A DNA stretch of 64,000 nt. Source: Squalus acanthias (Eukaryota). Positions 9,930 to 22,373 of the stretch are shown here, piece after piece; the stretch's first letter is position 1, and each line of letters starts with the position of its first letter. The notes under the pieces are model-generated. The model ran no database searches. It was not told the origin of the DNA and worked only from the letters and a program-made list of their open reading frames with translations. The stretch covers positions 62,682,001 to 62,746,000 of the forward strand of contig CM059430.1 in the NCBI GenBank assembly GCA_030390025.1, given 5' to 3'. The position numbers were made by a program, and so were the translations under genes.

Positions 9930-12900
9930 TACGAACACAAGAACATAAGAAATAGAAGCAGGAGTAGGCCATACGGTCCCTCGAGCCTGCTCCGCCATTC
10001 AATAAGATCATGGTTGATCATTGACCCCAACTCCACTTTCCCGCCCGATCGCCATATCACTTGATTCACTTGGAGTCCAATCATCTCTCTATCTCAGCCT
10101 TAAATATGATCAAAGACTCAGCATCCACAGTCCTCTGAGGCAGAGAATTCCAAAGATTCACAAACCTTTGAGTGAAGAAATCTCGGTCTTAAGTGGCCTA
10201 CCTCTTATCCTGAGACTATGCCCCATAGTTATAGACACTCGTGCCAGGGGAAACAACCTCTCAGCATCTACCCTAAATATCCCCTTCAGAATCTGTATGT
10301 TTCAATGAGATCACCTTTCATTCTTCTAAACTCCAAAGAGTATAGGCCCATTCTACACAATCTCGCATCATAGGACAGCCCTCTCACTACAGGAATCAAT
10401 CCAGTGAACCTTTGTTGAACTGCCTCCAAGGCAAGTATATCCTTCCATAGATAAAGAAACCAAAACTGTGCACAATACTCCAGGTGTGGTCTCACCAAGG
10501 CCCAATACAATTGTAGCAAGACATTCTTACTCTTATACACCAACCCACTTGCAATAAAGGCCAACCGGCCATTTGCCTTCCTTATTGCTTGCTGTACCTG
10601 CATGCTAGCTTTCTGTATTTTTTGAACGAGGTCACACAAATCTCTCTGAACACCAACATTTAAAAGTTTCTCATGTTAAAAAATATTTTGTTTTTCTATT
10701 CTTCCTACCAAAGTGAATAACCTCACATTTCCCTACATTATACTCCATCTGCCACCTTGCTGCCCACTCACTTAGTCTACCTATATCACTTTGCATACTG
10801 TTTGTGTTCTCCTCACAGCTTACTGTCCAACCTAGCTTTGGATCATCAGCAAGCTTGGATACATTACACTCAGTCTATTCATCTAGGTCATTAATCTAGA
10901 TTGTAAATGGCTCAGGCCCCAGCTGTGATCCTTGAGGCACCCCGTTAGTTACAGCCTGCCAACCTTAAATCGTGTATCCCTACTCTCTGCTTTCTGTCCA
11001 TTAACCAGTCCTCGATCCATGCTACTCTATTACCCCAAACCCCATGAGCCCTTATCTTGTGTAATAACCTTTTATGTGTCACCTTACCGAATAACTTTTG
11101 GAAATCCAAATATACTACATCCGCACGTTCCCCTTTATCTACCCTGCTAGTTACATCCTCAAAAGACTCTAATAAATTTGTGAAACTCGATTTTCCTTTA
11201 ATAAAACCATGTTGACTCTGCCGAATCATGTTATGATTTTCTAAGTGACTTGATACCATTTCCTGGACAATGGATTCCAGCATTTTCCCGATGACTAATG
11301 TCATGCTAACTGGCCTATAGTTTCCTGTTTTCTCTCTCCCTCTTTTCTTGAACAACGGTGTTACATTTGCTACCTTCCAATCCGCTGGGACCATTCTCGA
11401 ATCTATACTATTTTGGAAGATCAAAACCAATGCATCCACTATCCCACAGCTAACACTTTTAGAACCCTAGGATGTAGGCCGTCAGGTCCTGGGGATTTGT
11501 CAGCTATTACTCCCATTAGTTTCAGGAGTACTTTTTCTCTACTTATATTAATTATGTTAAGTTCCTCACCTTCATTCTACCCTTGCTTTCCCACCATATT
11601 TGGTATTCTTTTTGTGTATTCTACTGTGAAGACAGACACAAAATATTTGTTTAACGTTTCTGCCATTTCCTTGTATAATAATTTCTCCTGTCTCAGCCTC
11701 TCAGGGACCAACGTCGACTTTTGCGACTCTATTCCTTTTTACATACTTGTAGAAGCTCTTACAGTCTGTTTTCCTATTTCTTGCTAATTTTCTGTCATAT
11801 TCAATTTTTTCCCTTTTCATCAATGTTGTGTTCATCCTATGCTGGTTTCTGAAATTCACCGAATCCTCAGGCTTACTAGTTTTCTTTAGAACATTACATA
11901 GAAACATAGAAACATAGATGATAGGAGCAGGAGTAGGCCATTAGGCCGCTCGAGGCTGATCCGCTATTTAATGAGATCATGGCTGATCATCCAACGTCAG
12001 TACCCTGTCCCTGCTTTCCCCCAATATCCCTTGATCCCTTTAGCCTTAAGAAATATATCTAACTCCTTCTTGAATATATTTAATGAATTGGCCTCAACTG
12101 CCTTCTGTGGTAGAGAATTCTACAGTTTCTACACTCCCTGGGTGAAGAAATTCCTCCTCATCTCAGTCTTAAATGGCTTACACCTTATTCTTAGACTGTG
12201 ACCCCTGGTTCTAGACTCCCCCGCCATCGGGAACATCCTTCCAGCATCTAGTCTGTCTAGTCCTGTTAGAATTTTATAAATTTCAAGTTTCAAGCTTTTT
12301 CTTTCAATCTAATGCTATCCTTAACTTCTTCAGTTAGTCACGGCTGGAACACTTTTCTCGTGGAGTTTGTGTTTCGCAATGGAATGTATTTTTGTTCAGA
12401 ATTATGAAATATTTCTTAAAATGATAGCCACTGCTTAGCTACTGCCATACCTTTTAATCTGTTTTTCCAATCTACCTTAGCCAACTCGCCCCTCATACCT
12501 ACATAATTGGCTTCATTTAAGTTTAAGACTCTTGTTTCAGACTGAGCAATTCACTCTCAAACTTAATGCGAAAAAAACTGGTTTTTACTTTTTTAAACGC
12601 TTATGCTGGTAAAAGAAGGCCTTACACCTGCATGAACCAGGCGTAAGATTTTTAAAGGTTTTCAGCAGGCAGAGTTTGTGCAGAAAGCAAAACTCCCTGC
12701 CTGCACAGGCCCTTTTTCCCGGGCAGGCGGAGGATCTGTCAAGAGACTTCTGTGCATGTGCTTCACCTGCCTGAAACTGGAACTTGTGAAGCCCCTACGG
12801 GTGTGTACACAGCTCGTACGCATCCGCAGCGATCGGAAAATACGGGACAATGTGAAATTCTATCATATTATGATCACTCTGCCCCAGAGGATCCTTTACT

Positions 12901-14250
12901 CTCAGATTGCTTATTAACACTGTCGCATTGCACATTACAAAATCTGAAATAACCTATTCCCTAGTTGGTTCCATGATGTATTGTTCTAGGAAACTGTCCC
13001 GAATGCATTCCATGAACTCGTTCTCCAGACTACCTTTGCCAATTTGATTTGTCCAGTCTATGTGAAGATTAAAGTCCCCCACGATTATTGCATACCTTTT
13101 TTACAAGCACCTACTATTTCTTGATTAATATTCTGTCCAACGGTATACCTACTATGCCCACCAGTGTTTTCTGCCACTTGTTGTTCTTTATCAACACCCA
13201 TACTGATTCTACTTCCTGATCTTCTGGGCCAAGATCCTTTCTCTCTACTGTCCTTATGTCATCCTTTATTCTCAGTGTTAACACCCCCACCCTCCTTTTC
13301 AATTCTGCCTGTCTTTTCGAAACGTCAAGTAACCAGGAACATTTAGTTCCCAACCTTGGTCACCTTGCAACCACGTCCATGTAATGGCTATTAGATAAAA
13401 CCAATTTATCGCTATTTTTGAGACTAGTTCATCTATCTTGTTACGAATGCTTCGTGCATTCAGATAAAGAGCCTTTAATTTAAATGTTTTACCATCATTC
13501 CCTGCTTTGACCTGATTCTCTGATGCACTGCTGCCGTTAAACTCGCTGTCCCTTCCTGTCACGCTCTGCTTATTTTACCTAAATCACTACACTGCTCTGT
13601 TGCCTTGACCTTTCTCTTTAGATTTCTAAATTTCCCCACACCTGAACCCACCCCGCCCGCTTTTTTTAGTTTAAAGCCCTATCTACAGGCCTAGTTATTC
13701 AATTCACCCAGACGCTGATCGCAGTCTGGTTTATGTGGTGCCCGTCCCAATGGAACACCTCCCTTTTTCCCCAGTACAGGTGCCTTTGCCCCATGAATTC
13801 AACACCCTTCTTCCCACACCACACTTTGAGCCATGTGTTTAACTTTCTGATCTGCATGATACTATGCCAATTTGCGTGTGGCTCAGGTATTAATCCAGAG
13901 ATTATTACCCTTGAAGTTCTGCTTATTCATTTAGACCCTAGCTCCTCAAACTCGATCCTCCCCCTCCCACTCCAAGTTCTTCTCCAGCCACGAGGAGTTA
14001 TCCTTAACCCTGGCACCGGGCAGGCAACACAGCCTTCGGGACACTCTTTCACAGCTGCAGAGAACAGTATCTATCCCCCTGACTAAACTGTCCCCTACCA
14101 CTACCACATTCCTTCCTGCTCCCCCCACTTGGTAGGTCCCCTGTACCACGGTGCAGAGGTCAGTTTGCCCATCCTCCATGCAGTACTTTTCCTCATCCAT
14201 ACAGGTAGCAAGTACCTCTTACCTGTTGGACAAGGTCAAGGGCCGAGGAT
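9930..14250 (-). mobile_element. Degenerate CR1-type LINE (ORF1 esterase remnant, endonuclease, RT), with a nested younger CR1 3' fragment at ~11895-12280
   Basis: ORF fragments LYLNARSIRNK, GNYRPVSMT, YLDFQK, VRPHLEYCAQFW, VVVVGDSLVRG. Paralog 46220-49140. Confidence 0.9.
12570..12848. mobile_element. Partial MITE of the same family
   Basis: Similar to 450-694. Absent at the paralogous site ~48478. Confidence 0.65.
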
Positions 14251-15606
14251 CAATAGGATCCAACAACAACAAAAATCTGTATTTTATAACGCCTTTAAAA
14301 GAGCAGAAAACTTCCCAACAGGCATCGCAAAATCAAAAGGAAAATGTAACTTAAATTCACGACCTCGTCCGTTTTATGTGTAGGATAAGTACTGACCAGC
14401 AACAGGAAGTGCTGAGATATTCCACAAAATGATGTAATACTCAGCACAAATGCTTAATATCCTGATGGAGCTCATATTATCATATGTCACTGGCTCTGCT
14501 TTTATTGTGTAAGACTGCATCACTCATTTTATTAAAAGTTAAATTAAATTTTATAAAATACAGTCTATCTCCCATAGTGCTGGGAAAGGCGAATCAAATT
14601 GGAGTTTAATCATCAGGTGAAGCAGGATTAGAGGCTGGGTGATATTTGGACCAGTGAATGCAGACGTAGCTCTATTTCCATTTAAATTCATATACATTCT
14701 GTCCTGTAAATTCCCATATTAATTTCTATGAAATTTCCTACTGAACCGTTAGCCTGCAATTGCACCCACTGCCAGAGGCGGCACTGCAATGCCTCTAATG
14801 CAAGGACCGCGGACAAAACTTACAGTAGAAATGGTAAAGTTGACTGGAAAAGTGCACTAACATAATATATGGTACTGATGGAATTCTGCCTTGATTGAAC
14901 TGCCGCCTTTAAGATTAACTGAGTAGAGCTGCATTTAAGGGGCGGCTAGATACGCATATGAGAGTGAAGGGAATAGAGCATTATGCTGATAGAGTTTTTG
15001 GAGGAAAGGTGGGAGCAGGCTTGAGTGCTGCATAAACGCCGGCATGGACTGGTTGGGTCGAATGGCCTGTTTGTGTGTTGTATATTCTATGTAATTCTAT
15101 GTAAGGATCAATCTACCTATTTAGGTAGAAGTAAAAGAACCCAAGCTATCTTTGAAGAACGATGCATAGTTCTCCCTGTTTCCTAGTCACAAATCCTTCC
15201 CATAGATTTTTTTCACTCCCCCGTCTGCTATCCCGTGTGTTGTGTCAGTGAAATTGAGAATTGGATCCAAACTGGCCCATGGTGTTCTGTGGCCCCTGCC
15301 AGCAGGAACTGGCCAAGCATATTTTGTACGTTTACTGTCAGGATCAAAGTAAACTCTGGCATTAAATGTCAATATCACAGAGTTGCACGCTGCCATTCCT
15401 GAGAATTCTTGAAGCAATTGTTCGAATTGATTCCTGAACATTTCTAATTGAACTAACAAATTAAATAGCCAATAAAATGACGTTCATTCACCCAATGCAG
15501 GGGATATAAATCAATCACTTTGTTTCAATCACATAACACAGTTATATAAACCAGTAAATACGTGCGTTTAATATCTGTAGTTACATAAAACATAGTTACC
15601 GGTTTT

Positions 15607-16540
15607 GCCCAGCTGCTTCATTAATGATCTTTCTTCCAACATAAAGTCAGAATTGGGGATGTTCGCTGATGACTGCACAGTGTTCAGTGCCATCACAACT
15701 CCTCAGATAATGAAACAGTCCATACCCGTATGCAACAAGAGCTGGACGTCGTCCAGGCTTGGGCAGATAAGTGGCAGTTAAAATTCGCGTCACAGAACAG
15801 CCAGGCAATGACTATCTCCAACAAGCGAGAGCCTAACCACTGCCCCTTGACTTTCAACGGCATTACCGTCGCCGAATTCCCGACCATCAACATCCTGAGC
15901 GTCACCATTGACCAGAAACGTAACTGGGCCAGCCACAAATATACTGTGGCGACAAGAGCAGGCTAGAGGCTAGGTATTCTGCGCCGAGTGTCTCACCTCC
16001 TAACTACACAAAGCCATCTACAAGGCACAAGTAAGGAGTGTGATGGAATGCTCCCCATCTGCCTGGATGAGTGCAGCTCCAACAACACTCCAGGACAAAG
16101 CAGCCAGCTTGATTGGCAACCCATCCACCATATTAAATATCCACTCCCTCCACCACCAGCGTACCGTGGCTGCAGTGTGTACCATCTACAAGATGCACTG
16201 CAGCAACTCGCCACGGCTTCTTCAGAAGCGCCTCCCAATCCCGCGACCTCTTCCACCTAGAAGGACAAGGGCAGCAGGCGCATGGGAACACCACCAGCTC
16301 CAAGTTCCCCTCCAAGTTACACACTGTCCTGACTTAGAAGTCTATCGCCGATCCTTCATCGTCGCTTGGTCAAAATCCTGGAAGTCCCTCCCTAACAACA
16401 CTGTGGGAGTACCTTCACCACACGGACTGCAGCGGTTCAAGAAGGCAGCTCACCACCAGCTTCTCAAGTGCAATTAGGGATAGGCAATGAATGCTGGCCT
16501 TGCAAGCGACGCCCAAATCCCACAAAAACGTATGAAAAAA
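15607..16540 (+). mobile_element. 3' fragment of LINE family 2
   Basis: FADDCTV region through the 3' UTR and A-rich tail. Confidence 0.85.
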
Positions 16541-16769
16541 ATTTGAACACAAAGACAACATATTGCACATGGGCAATTTAAAGACGCTAATAACTGACAA
16601 ATAGCTAACTAATTAATCACAGTAACCAACTACTAATTTATTTAACAGCACGCTGAGTTCACCTACTTAATTTATCAATGCCTCAAGTGATCAAATAATT
16701 CAAGAAATAAACTAACTATTTAAATATGAAATGCCTTTGCAGGCAGTGTGTCGGGATTTCAGTGTTTGG

Positions 16770-17186
16770 GAGTTTGTGAACAAGGAGATTGTCCAAAGGG
16801 AGTTTCTGGACAAGAAAGCTGTCCAAGAGGAGTTTGTGTACAAGGAGACTGTCCAAGATGAGTTTGTGGACAAGGAGGCTGTCCAAGAGAAGATTGTGGA
16901 CAAGGAGACTGTCCAAGAGGAGTTTGTAGCCAAGGAGACTGTCCAAGATGAATTTGTGGACAAAGAGGCTGTCCAACAGGAGTTTGTGGGCAAGGAGACT
17001 GTCCAAGAGGAGTTTGTGGACAAGGAGACTGTCCAAGAGGAGTTTGTGGACAAGGAGGCTGGCCAAGAGGAGTTTGTGGACAAGGAGACTGTCCAAGAGA
17101 AATTTGTGGACAAGGAGGCTCTCCAAGAGCAGTTTGCGGGCAAGGAGGCTGTCCAAGAGGAGTTTGTGGATAAGGAGGCTGTCCAA
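16770..17186 (+). repeat. 30-bp minisatellite, ~14 units (gagtttgtggacaaggagactgtccaagag)
   Basis: Direct tandem units, reading (EFVDKETVQE)n in ORF 16731-17204. Confidence 0.95.
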
Positions 17187-17419
17187 CACTGCCACATCTG
17201 CTAGAAATGTCTCTGTTTCGAGATCCTCTGGCTCAGAGTCATTGCGCTGGAGTCAGAGTTAGAGACATTCTGACATATAAGGGAGGAGGAGAACTTACTG
17301 GATAATTTTCGCCAGAGGACAGCGACACACCAGTGGAAAGTACAGGTGCAGCAAAGGGAGAATGAGACTGCCAGTAAGCCGGGTAAGGGGAACGTAGGAG
17401 AGGTAGAGAAGAAGGTATG

Positions 17420-20400
17420 GATGCATAGTCGTTATTGTACTGACTAGTAATCCAAAGGCCTGTCCCAATAATCCAGAGACATGATATCAAATTCCACAAT
17501 GGCAGCTGGGGAATTTAAATTCAGTTAAATAAATCTGGAATAAAAAGCTAGTATCAGTAATGGTGACTTTTAAACTACCAGATTGTCATAAAAACCTATT
17601 TGCTTCACTAATGTCCTTTAGGGAAGGAACATGCCGTTCTTACCTGGTCTGAGCTAAATGCGACTCCAGACCCACAGCAATGTGGTTGACTCTTAACAGC
17701 CCTCTGAAATGTCCTAGCAAGCTATTCACTTGTACCAGACTGGTATGATAAATAAGAATAAGAATAAAACTGGATGGACCGCCTGGCATCAACCGAGGCA
17801 CCGGCTTTGGACACGACTAAGGGACATCAGCCCAGTTGACCCTGCAAAGTCCTCCTCATCAACATCTGAGGACCTGTGCCAAAATGGGGAGAGCTGTCCC
17901 ACAGATTAGTCAAGCAACAGCCTGACATGGTCATGCTCACAGAATCAGACATTTCAGCCAAAGTCCCAGAATCCCCCATCACCATCCCTTGGTATGTCCT
18001 TTTCCACTGGCAGGACAGATCCACGAGAAGTGGCACCGCAGTGGTTTCAAATCGGGAGTGAGTGGCTGTGGGAGTACAGAACATAGACACTGGATCCCAT
18101 GAATTGTCATGAATTCATGTAAAGCAAGGGCATGGAAACCTCCTGCTGATTACGACCTACAGCACTCCCTCAGCTGATAAATCATTACCCCTCCATGTTG
18201 AACACCATTTGGAGGAAGATCTAAGGTTCGCAAGGGCACAGAATGTTCTTCAACGTCCATCAGCAAGAGTGGCTCGGTAGCACAACTACTGACCGAGCTG
18301 GCCAAGTCCTGAAGGACATAGCTGCCAGACTGGGTTTGCGGCATGTGGTGAGAGAACCAACATGAGGGAAAACCCCTACTTTACCTCGAACTCACCAATC
18401 TATCTGTCACAGATGCATCTGTCCATGACAGTATTGGTAGCTGTAACCGCCGCACCATCCTTGTGGAGGCGAAGTCCCGTCTTCACACTGAGGACACTGT
18501 CCATCGTGTTGTGTGACACTACCACAGTGCTAAATGAGATAGATTCAAAACAGATTCAGCACCTGAAAACTGGGTATCCATGAGGCGTTGTGGTCCATCA
18601 GCAGCAGCAGAATTGTATTCCACCACAATCTGTAACCTCATGGCCCGGCATATTCCTCACTCTAACATTATCCTCAAGCGAGGGGACCAACCCTGGTACA
18701 ATGAGGCGTGTAGAAGAGCATGCCAGTAGCAGCACCAGGCATACCGAAAAATGAAGTGCCAAACTGGGGAAGCAGCAACACAGGAATACTGGCATGCTAA
18801 ACAGCAAATGCAGCATGCTATAGACAGAGCTAAGTGATTCCACAACCAACGGATCAGATCCAAGTTCTGTAGTCCTGCCACATCCAATCGTAAATGGTGC
18901 TGGACAATTAAACAATGAACGAGAGGAGGAGGCTCCATGATCATCCGTATCCTCAATGATGTTGGAGGCCAGCAGTCGAGTGCAAAAGGCAAGAATGAAG
19001 TGCAACCGTTTTCAGATGCAAGTGCCGAGTGGATGATCCATCTCGGCATCCTCCTGAGGTCCACACACTCACAGATGGAAACAGCAAAGGCTGTGAGCCC
19101 CGACAATATCCCGGCTGTCGTGCTGAAGCCTTGTGCTTCAGAAATAGCCACGCCTCTAGCCAAACTGTTCCAGAACACTTACAAAACTGGCATCTACCCG
19201 ACAATGTGGAAAAGTGCCCAGGTATGTCCTGTCCAAAAAAGCTGGACAATTCCAATCCAGCCAATTACCGCCCCATCAGTCTACTCGCAATCATCAGCAA
19301 AGTGACGGAAGATTTTGTCTATATTGCTATCAAACAGCACTTACTCACCAATAACCTGCTCACCGATGCTCAGTTTAGGTTCCACCAGGACCACCTGGCT
19401 CAGGACTTCATTACAGCCTTGATCCAAATATGGACACAAGAGCTGAATTCCAAAGGTGAGGTGAGAGTGACTGCCCTTCATATCAAGGCAGCATTTGACC
19501 GAGTGTGGCATCAAGGAGCCCTAGTAAAACTGAAGTCAATGGGAATCAGGGGGAATACCTCCATTCGCTGGAATCATACCTAGTACAATAGAAGATGGTT
19601 GTAGTTGTTGGAAGTCAATTATCTCAGCCCCAGTACATCGCGGCAGGAGTTCCTCATGGCTGTGTCCTTGGCACAACCATCTTCAGCTGCTTCATCAATG
19701 ACCTTCCCTCCATCATAAGGTCAGAAGTGGGGATGTTCGCAGGTGATTGCACAGTGTTCAGTTCCATTCGCAACTCCTCAGATAATGGGCCAGAAATTCG
19801 GCTCCCTGGCTTCCCGCGGGTGCAAGGATCGCACGCGCACCTCCCCTCCGAGCCTGCCATTGACCTCTGGGCCCACGGGGACTTCCTCTCCTGGGCCACC
19901 CCCAACTGCCGGCGCGCAGTGCTTGTGTATCCCAAGGGCGTAGTTAGTGTGATGCATCCCCTGGGATCACGTGGGCCATGGAGAGCCAATGGCAGCAGAC
20001 CATCTTTCATTCATAGATTTGACAGGAAGACCTGTCAAATCTATGAATACAGATCGGCCCCAAAACATCCCCAAAAAAACAAAAAAATTAAAAAAAAACA
20101 TCACATTTTTAAAATAACTAAAATTACATTAATTTACTATTTTAAACAAAAATTTTAATTTTTGAAAAAATTTATTACATTTTTAAAGGGGCTAAAACTA
20201 AACTTACCTTTCTTTAAGGTAATTAAAAAAGATAAATCTGTGAAAAAAATGTTTAAATTTTAATAAAATCAACACTTACCTTGTTAAAAGAAGGCCTTGC
20301 GTATTCTTTTTAAAGGCGTATCTTCTCCGTGCTTACCTTCACTGAGGAACCTGTAAAAAAATCCGAAGTGCGAGGCGAATGCGCTGGGCACCGGCGTGCG

Positions 20401-21383
20401 CGTTCGACCTCTGAACCCCTTTACTCAGGGGAACGGAAGTGCCGGTTTCCTGCGCATGCGCAGTGCATGCGAGAAACCGGCACTTTCATTCGGTCCACGG
20501 GTGAGTACACAGTGCGGACTCACCCGACAACAGCCGAATTTCTGCCACAATGAAGCAGTCCAATCCCGCAACAAGCAAGACCTGGAAGATATTAAGGCTT
20601 GGGCTGATAAGTAGCAAGTAATATTCACGCCACACAAGTGCCAGGCAATGACCATCTCCAAGAAGAGCGATTCTAACCAACGCCCCTTTACATTTACGAA
20701 AGCCGAATCCAAAACCATCAACCTCCTGGGGGCCACCGTTGACATTAAACTTACCTGGACCAACTACATAAACACTGTGGCTACAAGAGCAGGTCAGAGG
20801 CTGTGTCATTCTGCGGCAACTGTCTCACCTCTTGACTCCCCAAAGCCTTTCCACCATGTACAAGGTGCAAGTCAGGAGTGTGATTGAATACTCTCCACTT
20901 GCCTGGATGAGTGCAGCTCCAACAGCACACAAGCAGCTCGACGCCATCCAGGACAAAGCAGCCCGCTTGATTGGCACTGAATCCATCACCTTAAACATTC
21001 ACTCCCTCCACTACCAGCGCACCATGGCTGCAGTGCGTACCTTCTACAAGATGCACTGTAGCAACTTGCCAAGGCTTCTTCGACAGCAACTTTTTACCAA
21101 CTAGAAGGACAGGATCAGCAGGTGAATGGGAACCCCATCACCTCCAAGTTCCTCTCCAAGTCACACACCGTCCTGACTTGGAAATAAATCGCCGTTCCTT
21201 CCTCGCCGCTTAGTCAAAATCCTGGTATTCCCTCTGTAACAGCACTGTGGGAGTACCTTCATCCCATGGACTGAAGCTGTTGAAGAAGGCGGCTCGCCAC
21301 TAGCTTCTCAAAGGCAATTAGGGATTGGCAATAAATGATGACCTTTCCAGTGAGGCCCACACCCCAGGGATGAATGGTATAAA
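17420..21383 (+). mobile_element. Near full-length degenerate LINE of a second jockey-group (CR1/L2-related) family
   Basis: Endonuclease QQPDMVMLTES, RT NYRPISLL / IKAAFDRVWHQG / GVPHGCVLG, conserved 3' end. Paralog 54300-57557. Confidence 0.85.
19787..20548. mobile_element. MITE-like TIR element inserted in a LINE, 3-bp TSD (AAT)
   Basis: gataat|gggccagaaatt...aatttctgccac|aatgaagcag. The uninterrupted gataatgaagcag is seen at 56720. A 3-bp TSD is compatible with PIF/Harbinger. Confidence 0.85.
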
Positions 21384-21755
21384 AAGGGTCCAGCAGATAT
21401 TGCTCGTATCAAACAGGTACAATATACTGGATACCTGTCAGAGTAATGTGAAAGACTGTGGGAAGGACAGCCACAATCCCGACCAAGGGACTATGGAGCA
21501 GGAGGCACTCCAAGAGAAGAGGTGCAGAGTAGAAACGCTGTAGTTATTGGAGGTTCTATAATTAGGGGGTTTAGATAGTGTTTTTAAGTCAGGATCGAGT
21601 ACGCCGAAGGATGTGTTGCCTACCCAGTACTAGGGTCAGGTGCATTTCGAAACGGCTAGAACAAAAGCTGGAAAGGGTGGGGGAGAGGGTAGGATCCACT
21701 TGTTGTGCTCCATTGCAAAACGAACAAATTAGGAAAGATTAGGGAAGAGTTCCAA

Positions 21756-22373
21756 TGTTAGCAGGCAACTTCCTTCCTCATCTGGTTAACAACACGTTTC
21801 GAGTAAGCACCAGACATTTCGTAGCACAATATACGGAACACACGTTATTGATACACAGTAAAGATGATCATTCTAACTGCTCTTGGGTTACAAGTTTTAA
21901 CTTTCGAACCCTCTGAATTACTGTTGAAAACCATCCTCCTTTATACACCATATTTTGACTACTGCAAAGGAAAGCGTTATAGATAAGACGGCATGATGTA
22001 TCTATCGCCAGATCCTTTAAAGATAGACTCTTCATGTAAACAGTTGTAGTAGTTTACTTCAAAGCTACTTCCTGACCTAACAGACCTTAAACCCTTTGAA
22101 GGAAAAGCTTCACCAACCGTTAATTGCAGCTAATGGATTTTCTCCATGTTTTATTATCCCAGCCACTAAAGTTACATTTTATTACCATAAAACTATACAT
22201 TCCCCACTTTTGGGTGACATCATTACTAACACTTATTGCCATACACAAGCGCTTTACACATCAGAAGAGAAGCAATGCATTCGTTCCACGACATTCAAAA
22301 GACATCCTGTTTGTATTGAAAATTTTATGCTTGATGATACGAAGAAGTTCGACGGATAAACTTTTAACTCTCA
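21756..22373 (-). mobile_element. Isolated LTR, paralog of 57928-58566
   Basis: Aligns end to end with the 3' LTR of the 58-64 kb element, same left flank, cut by the young CR1 about 12 nt from its end. Confidence 0.75.

Larger units (their letters stand above)
1700..22373. repeat. Segmental duplication copy 1 (paralog ~30200-58566)
   Basis: Collinear shared gene, CR1 remnant, 14.3-15.6 kb block, minisatellite, LINE and LTR. Left boundary approximate. Confidence 0.85.

Noticed and set aside
15187-15459. 90-aa minus-strand ORF also open at 50044-50316
   Set aside because: No recognisable domain, non-ATG start and no convincing splice structure. Paralogy alone could explain it. A TBLASTN search would settle it.
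16712-17262. Repetitive ORFs in four frames (e.g. EFVDKETVQE, LLVHKLLLDS) as a host repeat protein, or the array as CRISPR
   Set aside because: A 30-bp unit keeps several frames open by itself. There are no unique spacers, it sits in a decayed LINE ORF1, and the paralog is frameshifted.
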